A stretch of DNA of 64,000 bases from Elsinoe ampelina (lineage: Eukaryota): NCBI GenBank assembly GCA_010093995.1, contig ML992508.1, forward strand, positions 1,272,282-1,336,281, written 5' to 3'. The position numbers and the translations under genes were made by a program. Shown here piece by piece: positions 22,344-34,025 of this stretch. The notes beneath the pieces were generated by a model. It did not search any database and was not told the origin of the DNA. It saw nothing but the letters and a program-made list of their open reading frames with translations. Position 1 is the stretch's first letter; the number at the start of each line of letters is the position of its first letter.

Positions 22344-22742
22344 GTTATGTGAGTGACTTGCTGATGATCTGTTGCTGGTGATGAGAGCTGCTGGTCGGCA
22401 AGGTGAGATGTGAGATGATTGTGAATGGTCAGGTAAGTATCCTTGGGTTTGAGATTTCTTTGTCTCCCCATAGCTTGTTTCAAGCTTCTTCAATTTCGCT
22501 TTGTCACAGCTTGTCATAAGAAGATAGGTAATTGCACTACAAGATTGTGTAGATCTCTATAATTCAAGGCCAAAGCTCAAACTGGTGTCATTGTACCTCT
22601 ACGTGCAGACTGTTTCTTCGTGACCGTCATCATTGCATCGTTAATTGTATCTGTGTGTCTGATCTCCCCACGTCTCTGTTGACTGACAACCCAGGTGTTG
22701 TTTCCTCGATTGCCCAATCCATGTGGATTTCCAGTGATGACC

Positions 22743-23519
22743 TCACGTGGAGACCGCTGTGCCAGTCAGAACGGTAATCTGGATGCCCATGGCTCGCAGT
22801 TCTTCCATAGGTGGCAGATTTAGCCCTATGAGCTGCTTCCTCGGAGCCTCGATGACAGGATGGATAGACTCCTGATCATGCTTCTGGTCCTGCTTCAAGT
22901 CGACATATTCCACCGCCTCAGCGCCTGCATAGGTCTGTAAGCCCTTCTCCATGTTTGCATCCTCTCTGGTCATCTCCACTGCCACAGCTCGTGGCATCGG
23001 TGGCGGCCCAGTCACCTTCCTCGGTCTCCCCTTGCTCATCCCATCCACCCTATCCTTTTTGTGGTCTAGCGAGCGGAGATGCCACTCATCCAGTTCCTCA
23101 CATCCTGGGAGACCGTAGTTCCATACCGATACAGTGCGGATCGCCTTAGATTTCTGCGCTACGCCTGATTTGCGCGGCATGAATACCGCGGGCCGGCGGC
23201 AGTCGTGGCATTCGTAGTGGAAAGTGGGCCGGGAGGGAAGTGACAAGTGCGCATTGAAGCAGGTATTTCCGCAACCTGGGTCGAGAGTGGTAGGGGCTTT
23301 GACTTGGTGGCCGCATTTGAGGAGGTGTGTACTGGCGTGGTGGGAGAGCAGGGTAGCGCAGGATAGTTCGGGAGGATGGTCGTGGTATGGCTCCTTGATT
23401 TGGTCTTCGTTTGACGAGGGTTTCGGATCATGGCTGTCACGACTTGAGAGAGGCGAATCGTTGTACATGGGGACGAAGAGGGAGTCGCTGCCGTCTTCGA
23501 GATCGATAACGGTAACCAT
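22743..23519 (-). CDS. Hypothetical protein, 258 aa, with a Cys/His cluster
   Basis: ATG-started ORF. HLLKCGH ... CGNTC ... CHDC suggests zinc binding. Confidence 0.5.
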   Translation of the reverse strand: MVTVIDLEDGSDSLFVPMYNDSPLSSRDSHDPKPSSNEDQIKEPYHDHPPELSCATLLSHHASTHLLKCGHQVKAPTTLDPGCGNTCFNAHLSLPSRPTFHYECHDCRRPAVFMPRKSGVAQKSKAIRTVSVWNYGLPGCEELDEWHLRSLDHKKDRVDGMSKGRPRKVTGPPPMPRAVAVEMTREDANMEKGLQTYAGAEAVEYVDLKQDQKHDQESIHPVIEAPRKQLIGLNLPPMEELRAMGIQITVLTGTAVST

Positions 23520-24955
23520 GGTCGCAGAGTCTGACAGATGTAGCTCTATTCTGAAGAATGCTGCAGGAGGGTAGACTGATGGTTAAGAGTGTCTTGGAAA
23601 TATACCCATGCGTATAGATGAGTATGTGAGTATTGTTGTTTGGCTATTCACGATCTGCTATTGTCCTTGTGTTGGGCTGGCCACTGTGTCGCGCAGCAAG
23701 CGGCATGGTGACGTGGTGCACGCGCCACTTCCTCATGCTAAATCGAAATAGACAAATATCATCGAAAACACTTCTATTGCCGGATCATAATCTCCCAGCT
23801 CTTGTACACAACAATTCACGCCTGACTACCTGTAGGTTGTATGGCGGTGATAGGTTTCAAATGATCCGGGGGACATGTCGCAAATGCACAATGATTCTAG
23901 CGTGCTTGATATGTCAACATCAAAGACAAGCCACAACTCGTTCTCACAAGGCGATCTTCTTTGTCTGCCAAAATCTGCCATTGTTTGCCGTACACGAGGA
24001 GCAAAGAAATATGGAGGATACTCATCAAAGACCGGCAAACACAACAAAGACAAAGCAAATGGAGGTGGGCGGATATGAAGAAGGCAAGACACGCATCGTG
24101 GGCGCAAGCACAACTTTCACATTGCAAATATGGCTGGAACTCAAACAAGATCATGTACTCTGCTCGCCCGGAGAGATCGTACTTCGGAGCAACACAGGCG
24201 AGCCAAGATCAGACGCAGTCACAGAACCAGGCAGGGACAAAAAGTTCTTCTAGTAGTCTTTCGCTCCGTCAGGGCGTCCGATATGGCTCCTTCATGCGGG
24301 AAAGGGAAAGGCAAGATCGACCAGAAGCAGAAGAAGAATGAAAAACCAGCGGGTCGAGCTGCAATACTCAAGCACAAGGAAGGTACATGTACGGACATAG
24401 ATTGCACGGTCTGCAAGATGTTTCGAGGTTGGCCAGAGTCGTATTCGATGGATGAGCCGAGCCACTGACAGCTGGTAGACATGTTCGAGGACTCCATCGA
24501 GAGGCAAACTCCAGGATTGGTCGCAGAGCCTCATAACGACGAGCAGGATACACTGGAAGGTGCCGAAGAAACCACGTCGCCAGGGGTCGAGAATCAAGAC
24601 TCATCGAGACCAGAGCGAAAGGTCGGACAACGCGTGACACCCTACCAGAGATATGTCGCGAGTTGCAGGGCCTATGGATACGATCCGGAAACATTAGAGA
24701 AGCAAAGGGCAGAGAGGAGCGCCAAGGCCAGCAAGAGGCCAACAGATGGATAGATACCGGTCAAGCGCCATGAATGAGTATTGCTTCCCAGCGCAACCAG
24801 CTGATAATGATGAAGCAGATGTATTGCGTGTCTGTTTGATAAATGTAATGTGAAATTGCGGGAGGATTCCTTCACATGTTCGTTACAAGCCTGTAAGAGG
24901 TTAGCGTGGGACACCAGCTCTGTTTGGGTAACTCTAGCGAGAGTGACGTAGATGC

Positions 24956-24973
24956 TTCCAGCTTGTTCTGGAA
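24956..24973 (+). promoter_or_regulatory. Putative heat-shock element upstream of HSP104
   Basis: TTC-n7-TTC-nn-GAA (TTCCAGCTTGTTCTGGAA), about 220 bp before the HSP104 ATG. Confidence 0.5.
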
Positions 24974-25189
24974 AACATGGGTGCAGCAACCAGACCAGCC
25001 TGGTATCTTCCTCAAAGCAGTTCCAAGCTTCGTTGTTGGAAAGGCTCAAACATATTATTGTCTCTTCACATCTGATCTTCTCTTCTTCACTCAACTTCAG
25101 TATTGCCCTGGAACACACCACCATTCTGATTGGAGGCACTGTATATTACCCCGCCTTGTCTCATACGGCAAAACAGACACTCCAACATC

Positions 25190-27970
25190 ATGGCATCTGG
25201 GATGCAATTCACAGATCGAGCATCGCAGGCTCTCGCCGATGCTCAAGATCTTGCACAACAGTATGCTCACTCCCAGCTACAGCCAGTACATCTGGCCGTA
25301 TCACTACTTGATCCCCCACCAGACCAGTCGAAAGATCAACAAGCGAAAACTCACGAGTCGCATACCTCGTCACCGCTCTTCAAACAAATTATAGAACGAG
25401 CACATGGAGATCCGCAACAGCTGTCAAGAGCTCTCAACAAGTCTCTCGTGCGTTTACCAAGTCAAGATCCCCCACCCGAGCAGATCTCTGTCAGTCCACA
25501 ATTCTCAAAGATTCTGCGATCAGCAAACGACCTGTCAAAGACACAGAAGGACAGTTATGTCGCGATCGACCATCTCATACAATGTCTCGTGCAGGACTCT
25601 GCCATCCAGCGGTGTCTCGCCGAATCTAATATTCCCAACACCAAAATGATCGATTCGGCCATCCAGCAAATTCGCGGGACGAAGAGGGTGGATTCGAAAT
25701 CAGCCGATGCGGATGAGGAGAGCGACAACCTCAAAAAGTTCACAATCGATATGACGTCCATGGCAAGAGAAGGCAAAATGGACCCCGTCATTGGCCGAGA
25801 AGAGGAGATCAGACGAGTCATTCGAATTCTCACACGACGGACAAAGAACAATCCAGTCCTGATAGGTGAACCGGGTGTCGGCAAAACGACAGTCGTCGAA
25901 GGGCTGGCGCAGCGCATTGTCAACGCCGATGTTCCCGCCAATCTTGCTGCCTGTCGACTACTCTCTCTCGATGTTGGTGCTCTAGTCGCTGGTAGCAAGT
26001 ACCGAGGAGAGTTTGAAGAGCGCATGAAGGGCGTGCTGAAAGAGGTCGAAGACTCCAAGGATATGATTGTCCTCTTCGTTGACGAAATTCATCTTCTGAT
26101 GGGAGCTGGCTCTTCTGGTGAAGGTGGTATGGACGCGGCCAATCTACTCAAGCCTATGCTGGCCCGCGGTCAACTCCACTGTATCGGCGCAACCACTCTC
26201 AGCGAGTACCGGAAGTACATCGAGAAAGATCAAGCATTCGAGCGTCGATTCCAACAAGTTCTTGTCAAGGAGCCGTCGATACCGGAAACAATCTCGATTC
26301 TGCGTGGTCTGAAAGAGAAGTACGAAGTGCACCATGGTGTCACAATCCTGGACGGCGCCATCGTATCGGCCTCTACACTTGCTGCTCGCTATCTCACACA
26401 ACGACGACTCCCCGATTCAGCTGTCGATCTCATCGATGAAGCGGCTGCAGCAGTCAAGGTCACCCGCGAATCACAACCAGAAGCTTTGGACAACATGGAG
26501 CGTAAATTGCGCCAACTCGAGATTGAGATTCACGCACTGGAACGCGAAAAGGACGATGCTTCGCGAGCTCGCCTTCGAGACGCCAAAGCTGAAAAGGCAA
26601 ACGTCAATGAAGAACTTCAGCCACTCCGCGAGAAATACGAGAGCGAGAAGCAACGCAGCAAGGAGATTCAGGAAGCCAAGATCAAGCGAGACCAGCTCAT
26701 CAACAAGCAACAAGAGGCCGAGCGTACTCGCGACCTTCAGACCGCTTCCGACTTGAAGTATTACGCAATTCCCGATATCGAGGCACGAATTGAGTCGCTT
26801 GAGAAGGAGAAACTGAAGGCCGATGCAGAAGCTCGGCGAGGTAGTCATGGTGAGACATTACTCACCGATGCAGTCGGTCCTGATCAAATCAATGAGATCG
26901 TTGCTCGATGGACGGGCATTCCTGTCACTCGCCTCAAGACATCAGAGAAAGAGAAACTGCTCAACATGGAGAAGCATCTGGGTGAAGTGGTTGTCGGCCA
27001 GAAGGAAGCAGTGGTTTCTGTGTCCAACGCCATCCGTCTGCAGAGGTCAGGTTTGTCCAACCCAAACCAGCCGCCATCATTCCTGTTCTGTGGACCATCT
27101 GGTACAGGTAAAACGCTTCTCACCAAGGCCCTCGCCGAATTTCTGTTCGACGATGCCAAGTCGATGATCCGATTCGACATGTCGGAATACCAGGAGCGCC
27201 ATGCACTATCACGAATGATTGGTGCACCTCCTGGATATGTCGGACACGACGCTGGAGGTCAACTCACGGAAGCTCTTCGTCGGAGGCCATTCAGCATCCT
27301 GCTCTTCGACGAGGTCGAGAAGGCAGCCAAAGAGGTTCTGACTGTCCTCCTTCAACTGATGGACGATGGTCGTATCACCGACGGCCAAGGACGTGTCGTC
27401 GATGCAAAGAATTGCATAGTCGTCATGACATCCAACTTGGGTGCAGAATATCTCGCTCGACCAAACGCCCCTGACGGCAAGATTGACCCAACGACCAAGG
27501 AGCTTGTCATGACAGCACTTCGCAACTGGTTCTTGCCGGAATTTCTGAACCGTATTAATAGCATCGTCATCTTCAATCGTCTCACCAAGAGGGAGATCCG
27601 TAAGATTGTTGATGTCAGACTGGACGAGATTCAGAAACGGCTCAGCCAAAATGGCAGGAATGTCAGGATTCAACTCAGCGATGCAGTCAAGGACTACCTG
27701 GGCAGCGCTGGCTACAGTCCTGCCTATGGTGCCAGGCCGCTGAGCAGACTGATTGAGAAGGAAGTCCTCAACAGAATGGCAGTACTGATCCTCAGAGGCG
27801 CCATTCGAGACGGAGAGACTGCCAGAGTGGTGCTCGAAGATGGTCATATCATGGTATTGCCAAATCACACAGATAGTGATGGTGACGATTCGGAGATGTA
27901 CGACGAGGAAGATGCGGTCGACGAGCTGGTGGACGGCGAGGATGGCGAAAACATGGAATTGTACGACTAG
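25190..27970 (+). CDS. HSP104: Hsp104/ClpB AAA+ disaggregase, intronless
   Basis: Clp N-domain; NBD1 GEPGVGKT and FVDEIH; coiled-coil middle domain; NBD2 GPSGTGKT and [13 protein letters not shown]; acidic C-terminal tail. Confidence 0.98.
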   Translation: MASGMQFTDRASQALADAQDLAQQYAHSQLQPVHLAVSLLDPPPDQSKDQQAKTHESHTSSPLFKQIIERAHGDPQQLSRALNKSLVRLPSQDPPPEQISVSPQFSKILRSANDLSKTQKDSYVAIDHLIQCLVQDSAIQRCLAESNIPNTKMIDSAIQQIRGTKRVDSKSADADEESDNLKKFTIDMTSMAREGKMDPVIGREEEIRRVIRILTRRTKNNPVLIGEPGVGKTTVVEGLAQRIVNADVPANLAACRLLSLDVGALVAGSKYRGEFEERMKGVLKEVEDSKDMIVLFVDEIHLLMGAGSSGEGGMDAANLLKPMLARGQLHCIGATTLSEYRKYIEKDQAFERRFQQVLVKEPSIPETISILRGLKEKYEVHHGVTILDGAIVSASTLAARYLTQRRLPDSAVDLIDEAAAAVKVTRESQPEALDNMERKLRQLEIEIHALEREKDDASRARLRDAKAEKANVNEELQPLREKYESEKQRSKEIQEAKIKRDQLINKQQEAERTRDLQTASDLKYYAIPDIEARIESLEKEKLKADAEARRGSHGETLLTDAVGPDQINEIVARWTGIPVTRLKTSEKEKLLNMEKHLGEVVVGQKEAVVSVSNAIRLQRSGLSNPNQPPSFLFCGPSGTGKTLLTKALAEFLFDDAKSMIRFDMSEYQERHALSRMIGAPPGYVGHDAGGQLTEALRRRPFSILLFDEVEKAAKEVLTVLLQLMDDGRITDGQGRVVDAKNCIVVMTSNLGAEYLARPNAPDGKIDPTTKELVMTALRNWFLPEFLNRINSIVIFNRLTKREIRKIVDVRLDEIQKRLSQNGRNVRIQLSDAVKDYLGSAGYSPAYGARPLSRLIEKEVLNRMAVLILRGAIRDGETARVVLEDGHIMVLPNHTDSDGDDSEMYDEEDAVDELVDGEDGENMELYD

Positions 27971-28244
27971 GGTCGTAGCATGGTAATGTCGGCGGGAACG
28001 ACTAATTATAGGATATGAGCGTCGGACATGACGAGAAATGATAAGCAGCGCTTTTGTGCTTCTGGGAAACAGCACATAATACCACAATGTATATAGTGAG
28101 AAAGTATCAATAGAAAATTGTACTTTTATCATCATCCTATTGTAACCCGTGTCAATTCATCAGTGCTTGAACGATGGTTGTGTGAAGCCCTCGGGGATCT
28201 GGTATGCGGCTGCGGCGACGTGTCAGGGTGAATCTAGCCTGGTC

Positions 28245-28255
28245 TGAAAAAATTT
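28245..28255 (+). promoter_or_regulatory. RRPE-like motif TGAAAAAATTT
   Basis: Resembles the fungal RRPE consensus and lies about 120 bp upstream of the ATG at 28373. Short motif that could occur by chance. Confidence 0.3.
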
Positions 28256-28372
28256 GGCTGCCGGCTTCAGAAATTCCGCCTCATCTGCCAATTTCTCTCC
28301 TTCAACACTCACCTCCTCAAAGGACTAGCACATCACCACTACGCCTCTCTCACAGACCGATCAACCGACAAA

Positions 28373-28631
28373 ATGGGTAACGGAGCCAAAGCAGCCAGCC
28401 GTCGCGACCGCAAGGATGAGGGCAAGAAGGACCCCAAGTCTCAGCTGAAGACGGTTCGTCACCGTGCGACAGGGATATGCTGAATTCATGCTGACCAGTT
28501 CACAGAACGCTGCAGCTCAATCAATCAAGTGCAAGGTGTGCTTCCAGACCTTCCAGTCAACCACGAAACAAGCAGCCCTGGAGCAACATGCGAAAGACAG
28601 GCACAGCAAGACTCATGCCGACTGCTTTTGA
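28373..28631 (+). CDS. ZNF706/At2g23090-like small C2H2 zinc-finger protein, 68 aa; exons 28373-28453 and 28506-28631
   Basis: Spliced product MGNGAKAASRRDRK...KSQLKTNAAAQSIKCKVCFQTF...LEQHAKDRHSKTHADCF. Intron GTTCGT...GCTGAC...CAG. Not present in the ORF track. Confidence 0.9.
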
Positions 28632-29430
28632 GGCGGCGTAGACTAGGGGAGATACGGAGGGTGCAGACGACACTAGACGATGCAGCATGAAGATGTGGAA
28701 GAGTCGACCGAGCTACACAAACGACGAACATGAAAGCTATTGGACCATTATACCCCAGAAGATATTGCAAGGCTTGCAGGCGTCACACTGCCGGCCGATA
28801 TTCGCCAGCCGCATCTCACGATGTGGCAACTCACCTGTGCGCCCAGGCCCGCCAAGCGCATGGCACATAGCAGAAACACACCGCAGGATCCATTCTCAAC
28901 GAATCAGCATCCCTATCGAGGCCGCATACCAGTCGATCGTGCGGGGAAACAGGCAAAACACCAGCGCTTTCCCATGGAGGAAGTGTGGGGGACACGATCC
29001 TGGAGGCGGAGCTGCCAAGAAATATAACCACTTCATCCCCCCCGGCCAAGACCTGTTCCTCCCGTGCTGTTCCCCTCGTTCTGTCCTGACAGTGGCGTGC
29101 AGAAGCCTGCGCAAGCACGGAAAAGCTCCTCTTTGCTCCGCTTTGCTTCGCTTCACCCATGCTTGTTCAGCGTCTTGCTCTGGGCGTCCGTTGATGTCCG
29201 TTGGCTTGGCTCACTTCCTGGCTATTCGGTCAGCGCCCATCGGCTTGGATCCAGGCTGATGGTGTGGCCGCAGGCCGAGGCAAGATGATCTGCAGCACTA
29301 TGTCGTCGACGGTTGACCTCGGGCGGCGATGCACGGTGAGGAGATATAGATCTGCGTGTTTCCTTTCAATACTTCTTTGTTTCCCCACACCTTAGATCTT
29401 CACGTCTTCACACAATCACCACCAGACAAG

Positions 29431-31037
29431 ATCGCTCCCAGGATCTCGGACGACCACAGCTCCATCGACAAGGAGAAGGTGGCTCATGTCGAAGATGCTT
29501 CCTCGGAAGAAGGGCTCACCTACACGAGGAAAGAGCAGGCCAAGATCCGGCAGCGTATCGACTGGCGACTCATTCCTGCTCTTGGACTGATGTACGGCGT
29601 CAGTCTTATGGACCGCAAGAATGTCTCGAACGCCTACATCGCTGGTATGAGAGTCGATCTCAACCTCATCTCGACTCGCTACAACCTCATCACACTGGTT
29701 TTCTTCATCACATACACCCTCTTCCAACCACCCATGACAGTCATCTGCAGGAAGATCGGTCCTAGGATATTCCTACCCGGGATCTGCTTGGCTTGGGGTA
29801 TCGTCATCATTGGCTTTGGCTTTTCGCAAAATTGGTCGACGCTAGTCGGACTTCGACTTGTCCTTGGGCTTCTTGAAGCTGGGTGAGCACAATGTGGTCG
29901 TTTCTATTCACAATCAGGGCTGACATACAATAGTTTCTTCCCGGGATGTGTCTATCTTCTATCTACATGGTATACTCGGTACGAGGTTGCGAGGAGATAC
30001 AGCTGCTTCTACTTGATCGGCAGTATGGCTTCTGCTCTGTCCGGAATTCTGGCGTACGGCTTGATGCAGATGGAAGGCGTTTCAGGCATCAGGGGCTGGC
30101 GATGGGTAAGAAAGACAGCAGCCCTACAAGGAACGCTGCTGACGAGTCTAGATCTTCATCATGGAGGGTGTCATCACTTGTGCCTTTGCCATGATTGGCT
30201 ACGTCTTCCTTGTCCGCTTCCCAGACCAGGAGAAGGAGAAGCCCTCCTTCAGATTCTTGTCCATCGACGAGGCTACCCACATCGTGAACAAGATCAGCAA
30301 GGATCGTGGTGATGTTGAGGCTGAGCCATTTCATCTTGGTCGCTTCCTCAAGCCTGCCAAAGATATCGAGATTTGGGGATTTGCTCTGATCTTCTGGTTC
30401 GCATATTCGTTTTCCGAGCATTGATTGTCCCTTGGTACTGACAACTTTCAGCTGCACGACGACCGTGACCTATGGTTTCTCCTTCTTCCTCCCTATCATC
30501 CTTCGCGAGAATCTCGGCTACTCAGTCGCCGCATCCCAATGCCTCGTCGCACCACCCTACGTCCTCGCCGCAATCCTCATGTACGGCATGTCCTGGCTTG
30601 GCGACAAATACCGCACCCGCGCTCCCATCCTTATCGTCAACGCCATCATCAGCGTAGTCGGCCTCGCCATCCTCGGTTTCGCCAAGAACCCCGGCGTGCA
30701 GTACTTCGGCATCTTCATCGGCGTAGCAGGCTGCAACGCCAACATTCCCGGCACAATGGCTTATCAGGCTAACAACATTCGTGGGCAGTGGCGAAGGGCG
30801 TTCTGCAGCGCTACACTCACGGGTATGGGAGGTATCGGCGGTATCGCTGGTAGTTTGATCTTCCGCAGCCAGGACGCACCGGGTTATATTCCTGGTATTA
30901 TTGCGACGATGGTTGCGAACGTGATCACCATTGTTACAGCTTGCTCGCTCACGATGCTGTTCCGAGCCAGGAACAAGAAGGCGGACAGAGGGGAGCTGAT
31001 CATCGAGGACTTGGAGGAGTTCAGGTATACGCTCTAG
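29431..31037 (+). CDS. MFS transporter, anion:cation symporter (DAL5/TNA1-like) family; introns 29883-29933, 30106-30151, 30397-30451; start codon uncertain
   Basis: RIDWRLIP, DRKNVSNA, RLVLGLLEAGFFPG, STWYTR, GWRWIFIMEG, YQANNIRG, FRSQDAP, FRYTL. All three introns keep the frame. Confidence 0.9.
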
Positions 31038-31569
31038 CTTTTCCCCCCTCGCACTAAAAGGGACCAGTCATCCTTGCCTACATCATCAATTTTCCCTCTT
31101 TCCTTCTTCCCTTACGTCTTCTCTTACCGTCGGTCATTCATGGTACCCATCGCCCATGGCGTCAAACCCACTGTCTCCCCTAACACGTGACACTCTGACA
31201 TGTGACATTTCCCCTCCACGGCCAAAAATTCTCTACCTCACCACCACAGCTGAACTTCACATGCCTCGACCTCACCACGGCTCGAACCCTCAAACCCCCG
31301 ACCAATCCGCAAAAAAGAGTCGCTGGGATTGCCGACCCCCAAACTCCGTTGGCGACCACGTTTGCGACCATTAACGCTCTCTGAATCGAACAGGGAACTG
31401 TGGTTACGTGGATCGATTTCCGCCTGGTAATTTGATTGGCACCACTTGCGCCACCCGAGAGAGCGCTGGTGAGATGAGAGGCGGATCTAAAAGAATATAA
31501 ACCCCATCACAAGAAGCTCAAGCTCGCCATCGATACCGACTCCTCTCCCTCCTTGCCACCTCCCACGCT

Positions 31570-32064
31570 TTATCTCTCAGACGAGGCAAGCACGACCTCC
31601 CTCTTCGCCTCAGCACCCTTCCCTTCTTCAACTGCTTCCTGCTCCTCGCCTTTTTCCTCCAGCGGCACACATTCGACAGCCACCATCTTCGCCTCTTCGT
31701 CGGCAGGCCTTGAGCTGTTCGATGGCAGCGGGGCCGGAGCAGACTTCTGTGGGGTGGATGGTGCGTGACGCCGGTCCTCTCTGGCGGGTAGCCACTGTGC
31801 CGACCCCCGTGCTGGCTGAAGACGTGGCAGAGCCCCAGAGCCCGTCGAGGTCGGTTTCCATAGGGACTGTGCTGCGGAGGGGTTCGGAGGGGTCGGAGTC
31901 CAGGAGCTCGACGGTTGGGGGAGGGGGGGGGAGGAGTGGTTGGGCGGGGAGGTTTCCTTGGGCGGGGATATTTGCCTGTGCTGGGGGGTCTTGTTGGGCA
32001 AGGGAGCGATGGGGGAGGAAGAGAAGAAGGAGGAGGGCGAGGGAAAATGTGTGGCGAAGGGCAT
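31570..32064 (-). CDS. Possible low-complexity Pro/Ser-rich hypothetical protein
   Basis: ORF from MPFATHF, with the same C-rich to G-rich composition switch seen in real genes here. No motif recognised. Confidence 0.3.
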   Translation of the reverse strand: MPFATHFPSPSSFFSSSPIAPLPNKTPQHRQISPPKETSPPNHSSPPLPQPSSSWTPTPPNPSAAQSLWKPTSTGSGALPRLQPARGSAQWLPAREDRRHAPSTPQKSAPAPLPSNSSRPADEEAKMVAVECVPLEEKGEEQEAVEEGKGAEAKREVVLASSER

Positions 32065-32544
32065 GATGGGTGGGCGTGGGGGGTTGAGGGGTCCTCGATG
32101 AGAAGATCGGTGATCGGACTTGGACATCGGTTGTGGATGATGCAGGAAGGTCGATGACGGTGTCTTGATTGTGAGGACTGATGAGGATGGGGTGAGTGGT
32201 TCAGGGTTCAAGTATGCACAACGTGAATGAGGGAGCTAGCAGCATGGCGAATATATGGATGGCTCGAGACATGTGTGCGGATGTTTGCAACTCTTTGAGC
32301 GAGGGTCTACCAGTGCGTATAGTAGTACAGCCTCATGCGGCTAGAGTGCATCTAGGGACGTCTCAGACTCTGCAATGTCGCAGCATCGAGTAACCTAGAA
32401 TCAGTCATGTCTCCCGAAAGGTACTCTGTCTTCATTCAGCGATCGAACCGACTTTGAGCTTCCAACCTCAAAATACCTTTCCTACGCACTATCGGTGTTA
32501 ACCTAAGTCTGATTCGTGCCTCGTGGTTCCCCCTGAGCATCCCC

Positions 32545-32985
32545 TCACCGCCATACTAGCCTCCCTTTCCCTCCCCCTCTCGAATCTGCCTCCTGCTCCG
32601 GACTTGGCGCCGTATCTGGGTTGCAAATAATGCCTTTATATGGCGGCAAATCGCCACATGACAGGCATGACCCTTCGTTCGATTCTAACTTTAATGCCGT
32701 CTCGCCCGTACAATCTTCCGTAGCATACTGGTCACACATGGCGGATCCTTGCTGCGCTAAGGCGGCTGTTTCTGGAATGGCATGGCACTGCCCGTCGATC
32801 GGGATGGTTGTCCAGGGGGGATTAGTGGCGGCGAATGTTGTGATGTCCTTGAAATTAGACCAATCACAAGGGGCGACTTGAACAGATCCATGATCTTGGG
32901 CAGGGTCGAGGGCGAGGTCTTGGGCAAGGATGGCGAGTGGGGAGGAGCACAGACAGAGGAGGATGGTGAGCTCGAACGGATTCAT
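32545..32985 (-). CDS. Small secreted Cys-rich protein, array paralog 1 (146 aa)
   Basis: Signal peptide ending LA-Q, the shared six-Cys spacing plus one extra Cys, and C-terminal SRGGGKGRLVWR. Confidence 0.85.
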   Translation of the reverse strand: MNPFELTILLCLCSSPLAILAQDLALDPAQDHGSVQVAPCDWSNFKDITTFAATNPPWTTIPIDGQCHAIPETAALAQQGSAMCDQYATEDCTGETALKLESNEGSCLSCGDLPPYKGIICNPDTAPSPEQEADSRGGGKGRLVWR

Positions 32986-33566
32986 GTTGTTGTGCAGCAC
33001 TGATTCTCTGTGGTGGGGTGGGCCCAGGGCGGTAGCCAAAAACAGATCCCGTTCTACGGTCTGAGCAGTGGCGTTGGTGTGAGTATTGGTTTTTGTAGTT
33101 GCAAATTTGTAGAAACCGAATCGATTGAGGGGTTGGAAGTGAGATATATGGCGACAACTCAAAGCTGTCTATTCCTTCGTGGTCCCTGAGATGTTTGAGG
33201 TAGCCGATATCTGCGGGTAGCCTAGTCTGGGACCCTGGCGTGTGACATGCCCATCAGATACGTTTCCAGATAAGGAGACAAGCCTAGTTCCACCAGCAGT
33301 AATGTATGTGTGGCACGCCAGGCCTCCCGTTGTGGGTTTAAGCTATAGTGTGTGCCTATTGCAGCCGTAGCCTTGCGCAGCTATCTCATGCCTGAACGGC
33401 CCAATCATTCGTACACTAAACTTCCAAGTGGACGGTATTCTTGCTGGCAGTGCTGTGATTGGATGTATCATGGTCATTGACATTGATGGAGTAGAAGAAA
33501 GAATCAAATGCTACGACATCGAACATCATGTAGTGGAGCGTAACTCACAGTCTCTCACCAACTGCA

Positions 33567-34025
33567 TCACCTGGCGACCCGCCCCTCTGTACCTCCCCTT
33601 CCAACTCCGCTGGTCACTCCCACCGGAACGGGCCCTTCTTCTGCATTGCTTGCCATCCAACAGTTGACAGCCATCCATTTCTGACCGGGTGTAGTGCCGT
33701 AGCATTTCCCTTCGTAGGACATCATCGTGATTGAGGTCTCGCCGCTACACTCGGCATTGCTATAGAAATCGCACATTCCAGGGCCTTGCTGAGTGACTTC
33801 CTCCATGGGCGGGAGCTGGTGGCACTCGCTGTCAATGGGAACAGTCGTCCATGAAGGGTCTTCGTCCGCAAAGGTGGCAGGATCGAAGGTGGCACCATCG
33901 CAGGGCGCAAACTGGACATTCCCCATACTGGTCGCTGGATCAGTTGCTGGGTCAGTCTGAGCGAGAGATGAAGAAGCGAGCGCGAAAGCGAGAACGCATG
34001 AGCGGAGGAGCGAGCGAAGAGCCAT
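33567..34025 (-). CDS. Small secreted Cys-rich protein, array paralog 2 (152 aa)
   Basis: Signal peptide ending SLA-Q, six Cys in the mature chain, C-terminal GRGGTEGRVAR. Confidence 0.87.
   Translation of the reverse strand: MALRSLLRSCVLAFALASSSLAQTDPATDPATSMGNVQFAPCDGATFDPATFADEDPSWTTVPIDSECHQLPPMEEVTQQGPGMCDFYSNAECSGETSITMMSYEGKCYGTTPGQKWMAVNCWMASNAEEGPVPVGVTSGVGRGGTEGRVAR

Noticed and set aside
27209..28135. 308-aa ORF antisense to HSP104, and similar antisense ORFs over PUS7, SIP3 and CLU1
   Set aside because: Expected mirror frames of codon-biased genes, with no independent coding signal.
28687..29290. Overlapping 75-190-aa ORFs upstream of the MFS gene, and likewise at 37487-38071
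   Set aside because: GC-rich promoter-like regions; the translations show no motif or coherent composition.
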